Assembly (NCBI GenBank): GCA_905331295.1
Contig: CAJNYD010000171.1
Location: 1-64,000 of the forward strand
Origin: Rotaria socialis
Lineage: Eukaryota
DNA length: 64,000 bases
Direction: 5' to 3'
The translations under genes and the position numbers were made by a program. Positions 1 to 12,106 of the stretch are shown one piece after another; within the stretch, counting starts at the first letter, position 1, and every line of letters starts with the position of its first letter. The notes below the pieces were generated by a model. The model was not told where the DNA came from. It worked only from the letters and a program-made list of their open reading frames with translations, and ran no database searches.

Positions 1-116
1 TTGAAAATTTTATAGCGTTATTCTTATGTCTCATCTATGTGAAATCACTAAAAATATGGCTCATTTCATTTAGTTTAATTTGAGAACAAGTGGTCTTATA
101 ATTATGCACCGCACTG
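1..116 (-). mobile_element. Terminus of a Tc1/mariner-like TIR element running off the window
   Basis: Ends in ...ATTATGCACCGCACTG|TA; the reverse complement TA|CAGTGCGGTGCATAAT is a typical Tc1/mariner end. The partner TIR is not in the window. Confidence 0.4.
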
Positions 117-120
117 TATA

Positions 121-1060
121 TCTTACATGTATAATTAGATATATTTGGATACTATTCATTCAGGATATAGTTTAAATTAATTCACACCTATAAATAAATA
201 TATGTTCACCTAGCTTTTTTACCACTTAATTTTTAAATCTTACATAAATTATCAGATAAGCTCTCATACATTCTTTCATTATATAGTTTCTAAATCTCAC
301 TCCTACAGTTGAATATGCTTGCGTATATATATTTCTTTATTTAATTTCTAGGTCTTATACCTATAGTTAGAAATAGTCGCATATAACACTCTCATAGCTG
401 AATCGATAGACCTTACACCTATAATTAAATACATTGTCATACAATTACCTTGTTATATAGTTTCTGAATCATACACCCACGCCTAAGAATTTTCTTATAT
501 TTTAATTCACTGGTTGCTTAATTTCTGGATCTTAGACCCATAATTCGTTACACATAGATGCTCCCTGGTTACATAGTAGAAGAGAAAAAAAAATAAAAGT
601 AAAAAAAAAATAAAAAATAAATTTACACCCATTAATAAACATATGTTGTTATAATTTTCTTCACTCGATTTTAGATCCTATACCTATGGTTAGGCATATT
701 TTAATATAATTGTTTCGAGATATAATTTCTAAACGGTGCGTATATAGTTAGATATATTAGGATATAATTGTACCAAGGGAAAAAAATCTTTCATGAGTTA
801 ATTTCTAGATCTGATACCGACAGTTAACAGATTTTCGTATAATTCTTTCATAATATAATTTCTAAATATTAAACCTGTAAATGGAACTAAGTGCATATGA
901 TTTCTTCAATAATTAATTTCTTATTGTGACTTATATATTCATACACGTAGTACTTTAAATTCTATATGTAGCATAATTTACAATTACAATTATACATACT
1001 TATATAATTTATTTGTTTTCTTGATTACATACCTATATCTGAACATATTCACACTCGGTT
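121..1060 (+). repeat. Degenerate ~58-bp tandem array, left arm
   Basis: Motif TAATTTCTARATCTTACACCTATARTTAR recurs with unit starts near 121, 181, 238, 295, 353, 411, 469, 530, 621, 676, 734, 810 and 867. Confidence 0.75.
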
Positions 1061-1539
1061 GCGTCATCATTAATTTCTTGTTGTTAAACTTATGTATATC
1101 TCTCTACCGAGTCAATATTTACTGGCGTTCTTATATCCATACACTTGTAGACATACGGGCATTTAATTAGAATTAAATATCATAGTCTTAACAAAATCTG
1201 GATACATTTATTATAATATATTTTTATTAATTATTTATGCCACTCAGATATAAATACCCACATTAACTTCAATTGTCTGATTTCTATAGGAATATCATCG
1301 TTATATATTCATAAATTGACTATTAATTCACTTAATATTTATCATGTTTATCGTCTTATTCTCACTCATAAAATTATACATATTATAACACATGCTTCAA
1401 CTTAAGCTGAGTCAGATATTTATATACACATTATGCATGTCTATTGAAGAGTTTTCATCGATATTTTACCATTCTTATTTAATTAATATATATATATATA
1501 TAATTTTTTTTTTTGTTAGAAGTTATATGAAAGAAAGAA

Positions 1540-2050
1540 TTATATGAAAACATATTTAATTATGATGGTAGAATGTATAGATTAAATAATAGGAATTATT
1601 TGAAAATATGTTTAGCTGTAAGTGTAAGATTTAGAAACTAGGTGATAGGAGAATTATATGAAGTATATTTAGATATGGGTGTAAAAGTTAGAAACTATAT
1701 AATGAAGGAGCTTTATTAATTAGTATAGATGTACGATAAGAAGACGAATGAGTTATACATGTATGTATAAGTGTAGGTGTAAAATATGTTACTTGAATAA
1801 ATTAAGATCCTACGTGTGTAAATGTAAAAGTAGGATCAAGAAATTAAGTAATGAGGGCATATCATAAAATAGGTCTAACTATAGGTGTGAGACCTAAAAA
1901 TTAAGTAATGATAAAATCATTTGAAACGTTTTTAGTTGTAGGTGTCATGTTTTGAAGTATACGATGAGATAACTATGTACTAGTATATGTAACGCTAGAT
2001 GTAGGATTTCGAAATTGGTTCTAGATGAAGATGACTTCTAAATTATATAA
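1540..2050 (-). repeat. Same ~58-bp array in inverted orientation, right arm
   Basis: TAGGTGTAAGA..TAGAAA-like motifs recur about every 58 bp. The reverse complement of 1874-1908 matches 337-371 at 31/35 nt. Confidence 0.75.
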
Positions 2051-2604
2051 CTATGTAAAACTATTGGTATGGAATATGATTGTTATTTTAATTATGTGAC
2101 TGTGTGTCTTAATATTTTAGAACGATCCAGAAAACAATTAAACATTAAAATTTTATTTTTTTTTTATTGTATAAATTTATGTATAAATCAGCGTGTATCA
2201 ATAAAGATATAGCATTGCTATTAGAAGTAGTTATATCAGATGAGTAGAAAAGAAGCTATATGGAGAACGAGAAGAATGGTTGGGAAAAAGAAAGGTGAAA
2301 CTTTTTAACATCTGTGAGTAATGTGAAGAGTGTCGACCTTGGAAGGCGGAACATCTCTTACAACATTGAAAAGAAATTTTGGAGTATTTATTTATTTATT
2401 TTATTTTTATTTTATTTTGGAAAATATAAGGGAAGGAGAACGGGAAGGGGTATGGTGTGAGAGATGTCGACCTTGATGTCAGGCGGAGCATTTTCTACAA
2501 CACCAATTATCTTGAAATATAGGTTATCTTTTGTTTTTAAGCAGATATGTACTTAGGTAATAATAATATTATTATTACTATTGCTAGGAATAATGGTTAT
2601 TAGT

Positions 2605-2921
2605 TTAGTTAACTATTTGAATGGTATGTTTTGTTTAATTTATAGATTTTCCTAGCGTTCGATTAGTGAGGATACTCTCTTTAATTATTCTTTTTCTCCA
2701 CTCACTTTCATGTGCTAATATTTCAGTTTTAGAAAAATCGAAACTATGGTTATGTTTTAGAATATGATCAACGAGTTTAGAGTCCGATGCTAATGTTCTT
2801 ATTTTAGTTTTGTGTTCTTTCATACGGGTGTCCTTCATCCGGCTAGTTTCTCCAATGTAGATTTTATCACAATTTTTACATGGAATAGAATATACTAAGT
2901 TTTTTTGCTTTTTCTCTTTAT
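2605..2921 (-). pseudogene. 5'-truncated Penelope-like retroelement, GIY-YIG endonuclease C-terminus with a premature stop
   Basis: Translates as DKEKKQKNLVYSIPCKNCDKIYIGETSRMKDTRMKEHKTKIRTLASDSKLVDH...KSIN*TKHTIQIVN*, clearly homologous to the C-terminus of the 18203-20716 ORF. Confidence 0.9.
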
Positions 2922-3674
2922 CAATGAGCCATGTTCACACTTCGCTTATAAGTCACCCGACAGCAAAATAGTACCCAAAGAGAGAGACAATTTATTGCTT
3001 AATACGGCTTCTCTCTTTTTATCTTCTTCTTCTCTCCTTCGTCCAAGAAACTGCTCTTAATTGNTTCGAGTACGACATGAGGTGCTCGTTGCGACACATT
3101 CTGTCCAGCAAGACCACGACGCATTTTTCGTCCACGTAAGTAATCTATTTCATTACAAAAAACATAAATATATGAACGTTTGGTTTACTATCAAAAAACA
3201 TCTCACCACTTTTTACTTCAACTTTCTTTTGCCAGGGATAATAAAAGCAATGAGATCTTTCCTTATTTTCTTCAAACACTATTTGCCTGTTACAATGTAT
3301 TTAGTTTGCTAAAATATACATTTTTCCATAAAATTTCTATAAAGTAATATATTAATATTATTATCCTATATTTCACTGTACAAATATACTATACTTGATT
3401 GGTTTTCTATATGATTGTGATTTTAAGACGTTCATATATTTATGTTTTTTTGCAATGAAATAGATTACTTACATGGACGAAAAAGGTGGAGAAAATATCA
3501 AAGATAATAGAAGATGAGACGATGTAACTTGTCAATTAAGAGCAGTTTCTTGGACAGAGGAGAGAAGAAGAAGATAAAAAGAGAGAAGCCGTATTAAGCA
3601 ATATATTGTCTCTCTCTCTAGGTACTATTTTGCTGTCGGGTGACTTCTAAGCGAAGTGTGAACATGGCTCATTG
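2922..3674. mobile_element. Foldback MITE with ~140-bp TIRs
   Basis: CAATGAGCCATGTTCACACTTCGCTT... (2922-3063) is the reverse complement of 3533-3674. An inner inverted pair lies at ~3126-3180 and ~3429-3485. No clear TSD. Confidence 0.9.
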
Positions 3675-4121
3675 CTAAGTGAAAACATGGATGAACAATA
3701 TGTGAAACAATCGAATATATATGTTAACATAGATTAGTGGACTTGTTCATCTGAATAGTTTTATCAGAAGATGAATTGAAAATTGTTAATTTTGAACAAA
3801 AATTAAATGAGGTCTGATTTTACTTTCAGAACATATATTTTTTTTCTACTCGATTAAATCTAATATTATTCTCTTTTTAGATTAAGACTCAACAGCAGCA
3901 GCAGCAGCATTCTATGCACCTCTCTTACACATATAGATGTGATGGAATGATACTCAAATTTTACATTTTGGGATAACTTGATTTCAGAAGTATTATCTAC
4001 ATTACAGCTTATTGAATTTTATTTCTATTTCTAAAAATAGACAATGTTTTTATTTCGTGTGAATTGTTATAGCTCGATCAGCACAAAAAACAACATTTAT
4101 GTTCGTACTACGGTCATTCAG

Positions 4122-7100
4122 TCATGATTTCTTAAAGAACTTTTTAATCTGTCGACGAAAACCAACATTTGTAATAATCGATACGTAGAAACTCGAGGCA
4201 AAAAATGTGTAAGACAATAAATGAGTTAATTCAGCGAAAACGCTTTCTTGAGCATTTCGCAAAGTTGACTTCGGGCAATATTGAGTTATATTAGAATACA
4301 TAAGTTGAGTTGCAAATGGTATATATGTTATTAAAACAACGAATGACTGCAACATCAGCATCAATGTCAGCCGAGAATCCATCAGTTGAAGTGCTGATCT
4401 CTGTGTTAAGTTTGCTGGTGTTCCATTACTAGTGGGAGCAATCTGTCTTTGAGAAACGCCACGCACATTTTGTATCAATAAGTAAGCAAGTATAATCATC
4501 ACGGTTGGTGGACATATTGCTTTGAAAAATATTTCATTGTACGCATCGAAATAGGCATAGAATCCTGGTAGAGGAATGCATGCTCCTTTGGTAGCACTAT
4601 ATAGAATCAATCGATGACCGAAAACTAATAGCCAAACGAACGCACATATCAAACAGATTTTGAGAGCCAGATCAGCACGATTACTCCACTGGCGATATTC
4701 TAAAATTATAAGAAAAAAATGATAGTAGTTTACTAAGTGTACCGAGCGAAAGGTAATGGCTAATATTCATTTTGTTTAAAAATAGATACAAAACAATTTA
4801 AGGCGCAAGAGAATGACTGTGCATAGTCACCTTAGAAGAAAATATGAAATCTGCGACAAAATTTTAGTCGGATATGATGAGGTAACATCACTTCCGGTAC
4901 TCCATTTCTTACGGCATATTTAAAAAAGTACTTCAGTCTCTATTGCTATGTTGAGATTAATTGAAATTTAATTAGAAGAGCTATGTTTTCCATCGACGAA
5001 ACTATTGACAAGAGAAGCAACGCTGTTTTCTTAGCTTTTCTACTTTTCTAATTTGCACATAAAGCGGAGTAGAAAGAAAAAAGTGCAAACTTGTAGTCGC
5101 CGCAACAATGTTCAAGGCGTAAAATCATGAATAGATAACCCTAGTCTCAATCCTTGCCATTCCTTGAGAAATCCTGGGAGGATCTTATCAAGTTTTATTC
5201 AGGGTCCTGTTTCAAATCCTAACAATTCCTGTATTCAAGATATTTCACGATGAAACGGGATCCTGTTCAGGATTTCTTCAAGTTTCTGTGCAGATTATAC
5301 TCTAAAATCAGAATTCAGGATCCTATCAGGATTTACAGAAGATCGAATACAGGATACTCTCAAGATTATGAAGGAAGATTCTGCCAAGATTTTATTTAGT
5401 TCTCTTGAAGATGTAGAATCAAATCTTCGTATCAGGATCCTTTGAGGAATGATGTTCGCATCAGACCAGAATTTTAGCAAGAAATTAACAGGATTATTCG
5501 GAATACGAAGCTGGCTAATGCTGGAAAGCTTCAGCCAGGATCTTGTTAAGAAAATATAAGGCTTTAGTAAAGATCTTTTCAAGTTGCTGTTGAGTCCACC
5601 CAGCCGTATTCACTTCTTCAGAAAGCCTGATGGATATTTCCGGATCATACATGTCAAGAATCAGATCAAGTTTTATTCAGGGTTGCATTTCGGACGTGCT
5701 GAAGTTTTTGCTCGGATTCTTTTGCCAATCAACTTTATTGGATCCTATTAATATTCATCGTGATTTATATCCAGAAATGGGACAAAAATCATAGCGAGGA
5801 TTTTGCCAAGAGTTATCGTTATATAAGAGAAGGGTCATTGCAGGAATAAAACAAGACTAGTCAAAGTTCTGAACTAAGAGTGTCCGGTGAACTTCGACCA
5901 GGATTCTGAGCGGAGATGGCCAAGAATATACGCTTTGAATACTTTAAAAAATTATAAGTATGATCAGGATCTTGATAAGAAACATACAGAACCAAGTTAA
6001 GATCCTTTCAGGTTAATGTTTAGAGACTATTCAAAATTTTATCGCAGCATCCTGCTAGGAACTAAACAAGAATAAAAGAGACAGCTTTCTTTTGTTTTCA
6101 GCTAGGTGTAGATCAGAATCTGTTAAAGATTTCAAAATAGATAGAAAAGTTTCAAAATCAGTGTGAAGTAAAGCCTCAACAACAATAAAAAGAAAGATTT
6201 TTCAAGATCTAATCAATCATGTTGCTGTTCGAAACACGAAAACTTTCTATGACCGAATAATCTACTGGTATTTTTATCTGCAAATTTGTTTGATTCTTTT
6301 CATAAAAATAAACAACAAATCTTAATATGCTTAGAGTCTTTCTTAATCTCTTTACAGTGTATATAAATGTGGGTGTGAGACTCAGGCAAGAGCAATAGAT
6401 TTTTTGCTTAATTTTATCTACACACGTGAGAGTCATTCAATTATATGCTAATATGAATCTAGCTATCTTAACTGGTTTTCATTAACTAGATAGTTTTTGT
6501 CAATACAAAATCCTTTGATTACAATTACTTATAATTTTAATTCTGTAGAAGAAACACTTTTAAAATATTTTTCCCATAGAAGCGGAATTTTCAAAAAAAA
6601 TTAATTTCACCAACTAAGATAAATGTGAACAATGATATCTCATTTCCAGAATTTTTTGAGGGAATCGGTACTCATAGAAAATTTAAGTAGAAGTTTAGTA
6701 AAGTTAGAAATTAAGAAATTCTAAGTTAAAGCGATATAGAATGGCATGGGACATCCAGCTCGGTAAGCGGATCAGTATGCAAACTGAACGTCTAGAGATC
6801 GATACTCTATGTGTACATTTATTGTCTGTTCTATTTAGAAAAACCTGCCAAGATCCTGCCAAGAAATTGTTCATATCTGAAAGGGAACTTAGCTCAATCC
6901 TAGAAAGATCCTGTCAAGATATTCGATAATATCTTCGAGGAAAACTAGCAAAAATTCTGACAATTAGTGGCCATACATACGCTTCTTTCAGGAATCAGAG
7001 GTTTCCTTAGGATAAAACTGCGAATCCTTGGAGGATCCTGACCAGATTTAGAAAGTATCTGGTTGAAAAACGTCAAAGATTTTGACTAGGGGAACTTCTA

Positions 7101-7699
7101 CTAAAGTGGCTTTGCCTGAATTTAATGATGTAAAAGCAAAGGATTATTATTGATATCATGTTCCACCGTCGAATCTAAGTAATTAAATCTATATGTATAA
7201 TCAATGAAGAATATCAACTTAAATAATTTAATCTATAATCGTCGTATTTTATTGCTAATACTCTATGAAATCCTATAGTGGTCCGAGATGTTATTAATGA
7301 ATTTATTTTTAAATTCTACTTACTATTTGAACGTTGTGTAGATAAAAGCCGATCGATTGTTGCAAATGCGAAAAAACTGAATGACACTTGATTACTCCAG
7401 TCGGTTAAAAATACTCGAAGTTTACATAGGACATCATAACGTGTAAGAATTGGAATTCGAAATCCTCTTTGAAGTACTCGTGTCATCAATACAAAGTTAA
7501 AGTAAAGAAAATCCGAGACTGCTTCCCAGAAGAGATAAATGGAATAAGCTCGTGCACGCAAAGTTGGAGATCGAAATAAAATAATATTTCCCATGCAGCC
7601 AATATTACCTGCCACCAAAAGAAATGAACCGAAGTAGATATTCAACTGATATGATACAGCTATAAGAATACTACTATAACTGCTTGCCGTATCGTTCAT
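4122..7699 (-). CDS. Orphan 7TM / rhodopsin-like GPCR, paralog 1; complement(join(4122..4699,7324..7699)), 317 aa
   Basis: Exons of 376 + 578 nt join in frame through GTAAGT...TTTTAG (SN-K-YRQW). Carries TM1 GNIG, CKLR, TIDR (DRY-like), TM6 YIPF and TM7 SFYVS...GFR. Confidence 0.85.
5139..7091. mobile_element. Non-autonomous TIR element (CCCTAGTC termini, CMC/EnSpm-like) in the GPCR intron
   Basis: CCCTAGTCTCAATCCTTG at 5139 versus reverse complement CCCTAGTCAAAATCTTTG at 7091. The interior is dense in CAGGATCCT/CAAGAT motifs and has no credible ORF. Confidence 0.75.
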
Positions 7700-7805
7700 T
7701 GCTTGAGAATTGATATAAGATACACTGTAACTCAAGGAACGAGACGATTTTATATTTAACTTCGCCAGAAAAATAATGTTAACAGAATCTTAAGAAAAAC
7801 AGTAG

Positions 7806-7964
7806 TGTCAAACTTGAAACTTGAATTCAGTTGAAAAGGGAAAATTTCAACTTTCAACTCATAGCGATATATGTGTGAGTCACGATTCTTCAGAATGCTA
7901 TTGATTTAAAAGTTGAAAATTGAAAATTTCAATTTTCAATTGAATTCAAGTTTCAAGTTTGACA
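7806..7964. mobile_element. Short MITE just upstream of GPCR paralog 1
   Basis: TGTCAAACTTGAAACTTGAATTCA...TGAATTCAAGTTTCAAGTTTGACA inverted repeat. A partial copy of the same end occurs at ~36935-36982. Confidence 0.8.
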
Positions 7965-9272
7965 TATATGAAGAAAAAAAGACAAGTTTGAACTAGCATG
8001 TCTGAACTATTCTTCAGAATGATAGTCATCTACTTTGCTTCTATAATAAGACACTAATCCAGAATTAATTGTTTATGATAAGCGGAATGCCAGTTTGCTG
8101 AGACACAGATTTATTGTTAATTGGTAAAACATAAAAACACACATTAATTCATGTAGATTTTACAAACCATTTCATCGGAAATAGCTTTTGGTTTTACTTT
8201 ATGTTTCACAACAAAGTAAACGTACGAATGATGAATATTATCATAGCTGATACTTACTCAATCAGTTTCCTTTCTTTACCGGCACGGATTCGTAGTATTA
8301 TTCACACCTTTTGCTGCCCTACTTTCTGTTCCGATTGATACTAGAATATATAGAAAATTCATGGATAGATCTTGTTTGTTACGCATCAAGGCTATTTCCT
8401 ATTCAAATATTTGTATCAGGTCAGGTACACTTATATCGTGCGAGATTTTCACGATAGTTTCGTTCTTTGAGCTGATAACATGATGTTTTTTTTTTGATAG
8501 ATAATAAATTGATAAAGATAAAAAAGGTTCATTTGAAAACACGAATTAAAAATAATTTAATAGCTTCAATATCGGCATACTTGTGGCACGAACTAAATAA
8601 AAATAGATATAAAATCAAGACTCGTAGACGATTTTTTATTGTGCACATTGAATATAACTTTAAAATATTCAATATTAGATCTATGGAGCATCTCATAAAT
8701 TCATCTCGATTTATTGGCTCTTGGTGGTCGTATGCTTAAGTTCATTTCAAATTTCGTCTCGTATTCGCAAGATAGACTCCTCGTGACCTTATCATTTTTG
8801 TAGGGAATAATATGATATCGCTTTATGAATTTGATACTAAGTTTCTATACGTGTAGTTCGTAAATAAATTTTAATCGAATTGAATTGCATAGCAGAATTG
8901 ATTTCCTGTTGTCAATCGAAGGGAAAAGATATATCTCCATCGTAACATCAATGCCTACTAGCTCATCTACTTGTTGATCTTGTATATTACTGACTCAATG
9001 ATTTATCTGCTAACGTTTTTTCGAACTGAACTAATTGAACTTATCTTCAATAGTAGCGTGACCAAGATTTGTCGGGTGGTTGGACTGAGCCCTAATGTTT
9101 TTCCAAAAATTTGTGTTTGGTAATGCATAACGTTTTTTTCATAGAATAAGGATAGAATAATGCATTCAGCTTGAAAAATATTTTATTTTAAATGGTGTTT
9201 CGTTTGCTTATTAAAAAGAAATAAAGAATCACAACTTGTGATTCTCAAGGTTTTACTGTAAAAGAATTCTAC

Positions 9273-9519
9273 TATTTTTGTGGAAGCAGTATTCCGGTTG
9301 GAATTTTTTTCGGATTTTCCCGGTGATTTCCGATCAATTTCTGCCAGAAAACACTGAAATTTGGCAGAAATCCGCCAGAAAAGTCAGGGCGTATTTTTGA
9401 CCGGAATACTGCTTCCATGTTCCAGCGATTTCCCGTGTTTTTCTGCAGGATATGGTGACTTTCCCACATATTTCCTGGAGTATCCTACGGGATCCGGTGC
9501 CCGGAATGTTCGACCTGGA
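9273..9519. mobile_element. Truncated MITE remnant rich in TTCCGG/CCGGAA
   Basis: GC-rich island with an internal inverted pair (GGAAGCAGTATTCCGG / CCGGAATACTGCTTCC), ending in TTCGACCTGG. Confidence 0.55.
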
Positions 9520-9552
9520 CTCATAAACGAAACAGGTATAGTCATAACAGTA

Positions 9553-12106
9553 CACTCTAAATAAAATCCGTTTTCTGAGAAACGAATAGGAGGTATACGG
9601 GTTTGTCACTGTATAAAACTCTTTATAGGTTTCCGGGAAAGGGTTTCCGAGCATTTGGAAGCTTATCTGAAACCCTCACAAGCAATCAAGCAAGTTGATG
9701 ATTCCGAACACCTAATGAAGGTTTCCAATACTTCCGGAACCTTTTAAACGTTTTCCACAGCTACAAACCAGCAACCGATTCACATAGGTATCCGACATTG
9801 TCAAATTTGTTTTTCGTTTTGAATAGTATTTTAACAACAGGCATTTAAGGGTTCTCAAATCCATCGTAATCACAAAGTCACCATAGTATAATTCATTTCA
9901 TAATCCTAAAGGAAGAAAAATAATATATCTTATTAAATAAAACAAAGTCGCCATATTATAACTCATTTCATAAACCTAATGAAAAAAAGACTATATTTGA
10001 CTGAACAAGATAAGCTCACCAGTTTGTCTTCTATTCGGAAATCTAAATGCAGAAAAAGGATATATTTTATTGAAGAAAGTAAACTCACTGTATTATAGTT
10101 CTTTTCATGATGCTTAATGAAAAAGAATATATTATGAAATAAAATGAATATAAAAATCTGTACTTGACATATTTAGAAATATTTCTATTTCAAAATAAAA
10201 GTAAGATAAAAATTGGTAATTTATGTATAATCTTTGAGCTGCCTTCTGAAATCATAAAATAAATTCATTCCCAATGTGTGAATACTAAAATATTTGAAAC
10301 ATGTGTTTCAATAGACGGCGGTAATTAAAAAGTGATTTTTTTACAATAAGGATTGACGATGAAGGAATAAAAAGGTAAAGAATGGTGATCATCTGATCAT
10401 AGAATAACTTCGGTGAGCATTTTAAACAGCTTACTTTTAAAATCGTTAACTATATCGTTATTCGAATTAATCTTATGTAGCCAAACCGAAACATCGTCCA
10501 CATTCCACATTAATGGATCGAAGTATTCATCTATTATAATAAAAAGCACGATCCTTAGTCATTTTCATGTACTGAGTGCACGCATCTTAGTTTGGATAAT
10601 AATATGAGAGTGCTTGAAGAGCTACCTTTATTTCTTCTTGTCGTGAATCGAATTAAAAAAATATTTGTGTTTTGGTACATTTGACAGACATGAGTCTTCC
10701 TTGGTAAATAAAAATGTATCAAGAGAAAATAAGAAATTGTCGTAAAATATTGGAATTTCATTGATTAATTTGCAGGTGAAAGAAAAGCGTTTTTGACTTG
10801 TTTATGAAAGCATAGAAACATTTTGGAGAAGTTAAATAAGAATATACATGAAAAGGATTAAAACAAAATACGCCAATTTTTTCATACATACATGTTAACT
10901 TACTCTTTCTAGAAGCTCAATGTGAATTATCTTAGTTAATAAAACTAAATGCATCAAACTATATGATAACTGGCAGCCCCTCATCTTCAAATCACAATTC
11001 ATTTTACAACAGTTGAAGTAACCAATACTAGATCGCATATGCATGATAAAATATCTCTTTATTAGAGAGGCATTTGCCTTTTTTTTTATTCGAAATACAA
11101 AATAAGCATACGAAAAAAGAACAAGAACATAACGAAAATAGAATAATACTGGCTCATCACTATTCATGTGGATGCATCTCAAGAATGGTTTTTGCTTCTA
11201 AAAGAATAATGCTTGTTTCAGTCTATTAGAAATGGATATTTCCTCATTATTTCAATCATACGATTGTTTATAAAGCTTTTACCTAAATTAGTTAAAAGAA
11301 TCTTTAAGCATAAGAACTTCCCGTGCTTCACGGCAATGTTTTCACAGATAGTAATGTTCGGATAATGAACAAAACTAAAGTCAATAAAAAAGGAGAAAAA
11401 CAAAATTTCTAGAATGGAATGGCGATTTAGTGCAGTGCACCAAGTTTCAAAGCAAAATTCGTCATTTAATATATTTACAACTATATACAACTAGGAATGT
11501 AAAAATAAGATAAGATTCTCTTGGAAAATAAGAATCGTTCTGAATCTCAAGAATTCTAAAAGTTTTAGAAAACAATTTTGCGTACACTGAAGACGATTTC
11601 TGTTATAGCTACCGATTAACTCCTAAGCATGTAAATTATACAGTGGCAACATGAAAATGAGAAAAATGAAATTTTAATACTAGTTCGGTTTTCCACTATG
11701 TTTAATGGGTTTCCGAGATATGTTCGGAAAACAAGCTAGTATTCTGGCATACGCTTTCAACGTTTTCGATCCCCAGAAACCCAAAAGGCTCCCGAAAAAA
11801 ACGTTGTCGAAAATCGATAGGTTGCTGACGACACGCTTTAAATTTCAGACAAGGTTTTCAAAACAAGAACGGTTTCCTAGGATAATTTTTGGGTTTCGGA
11901 AATTGTTTGATAGTTTCTGAGAAAACTGTTAAAGGTTTCCTATCCGAATCTTCGAAAACCGAACCGTTTCAGGAGACGCGGAAACCTATAAGGTGATTTC
12001 AAAAACTCAGCTTAGAGCCGAAAGCCTTTCCAGATACGTTTGTGAGTTTTTGAAAGGGTTTGCGAAAGGATTTCGGTTTCTGGGGAAACGCTTTTTATGT
12101 AGAGTG
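9553..12106. mobile_element. Non-autonomous CACT-terminated DNA transposon with 2-bp TA duplication
   Basis: TA|CACTCTAAATAAAA ... TTTTATGTAGAGTG|TA, with subterminal GGTTTCC/GAAACC repeats at both ends. Confidence 0.8.

Noticed and set aside
121..1060. CRISPR-like appearance of the 58-bp array (AATTTCTA.. repeat plus variable part)
   Set aside because: The repeats are degenerate, the 'spacers' resemble each other, there are no cas genes, and the context is eukaryotic.
9272..9654. Overlapping short ORFs
   Set aside because: They fall within MITE sequence and are not protein-like.
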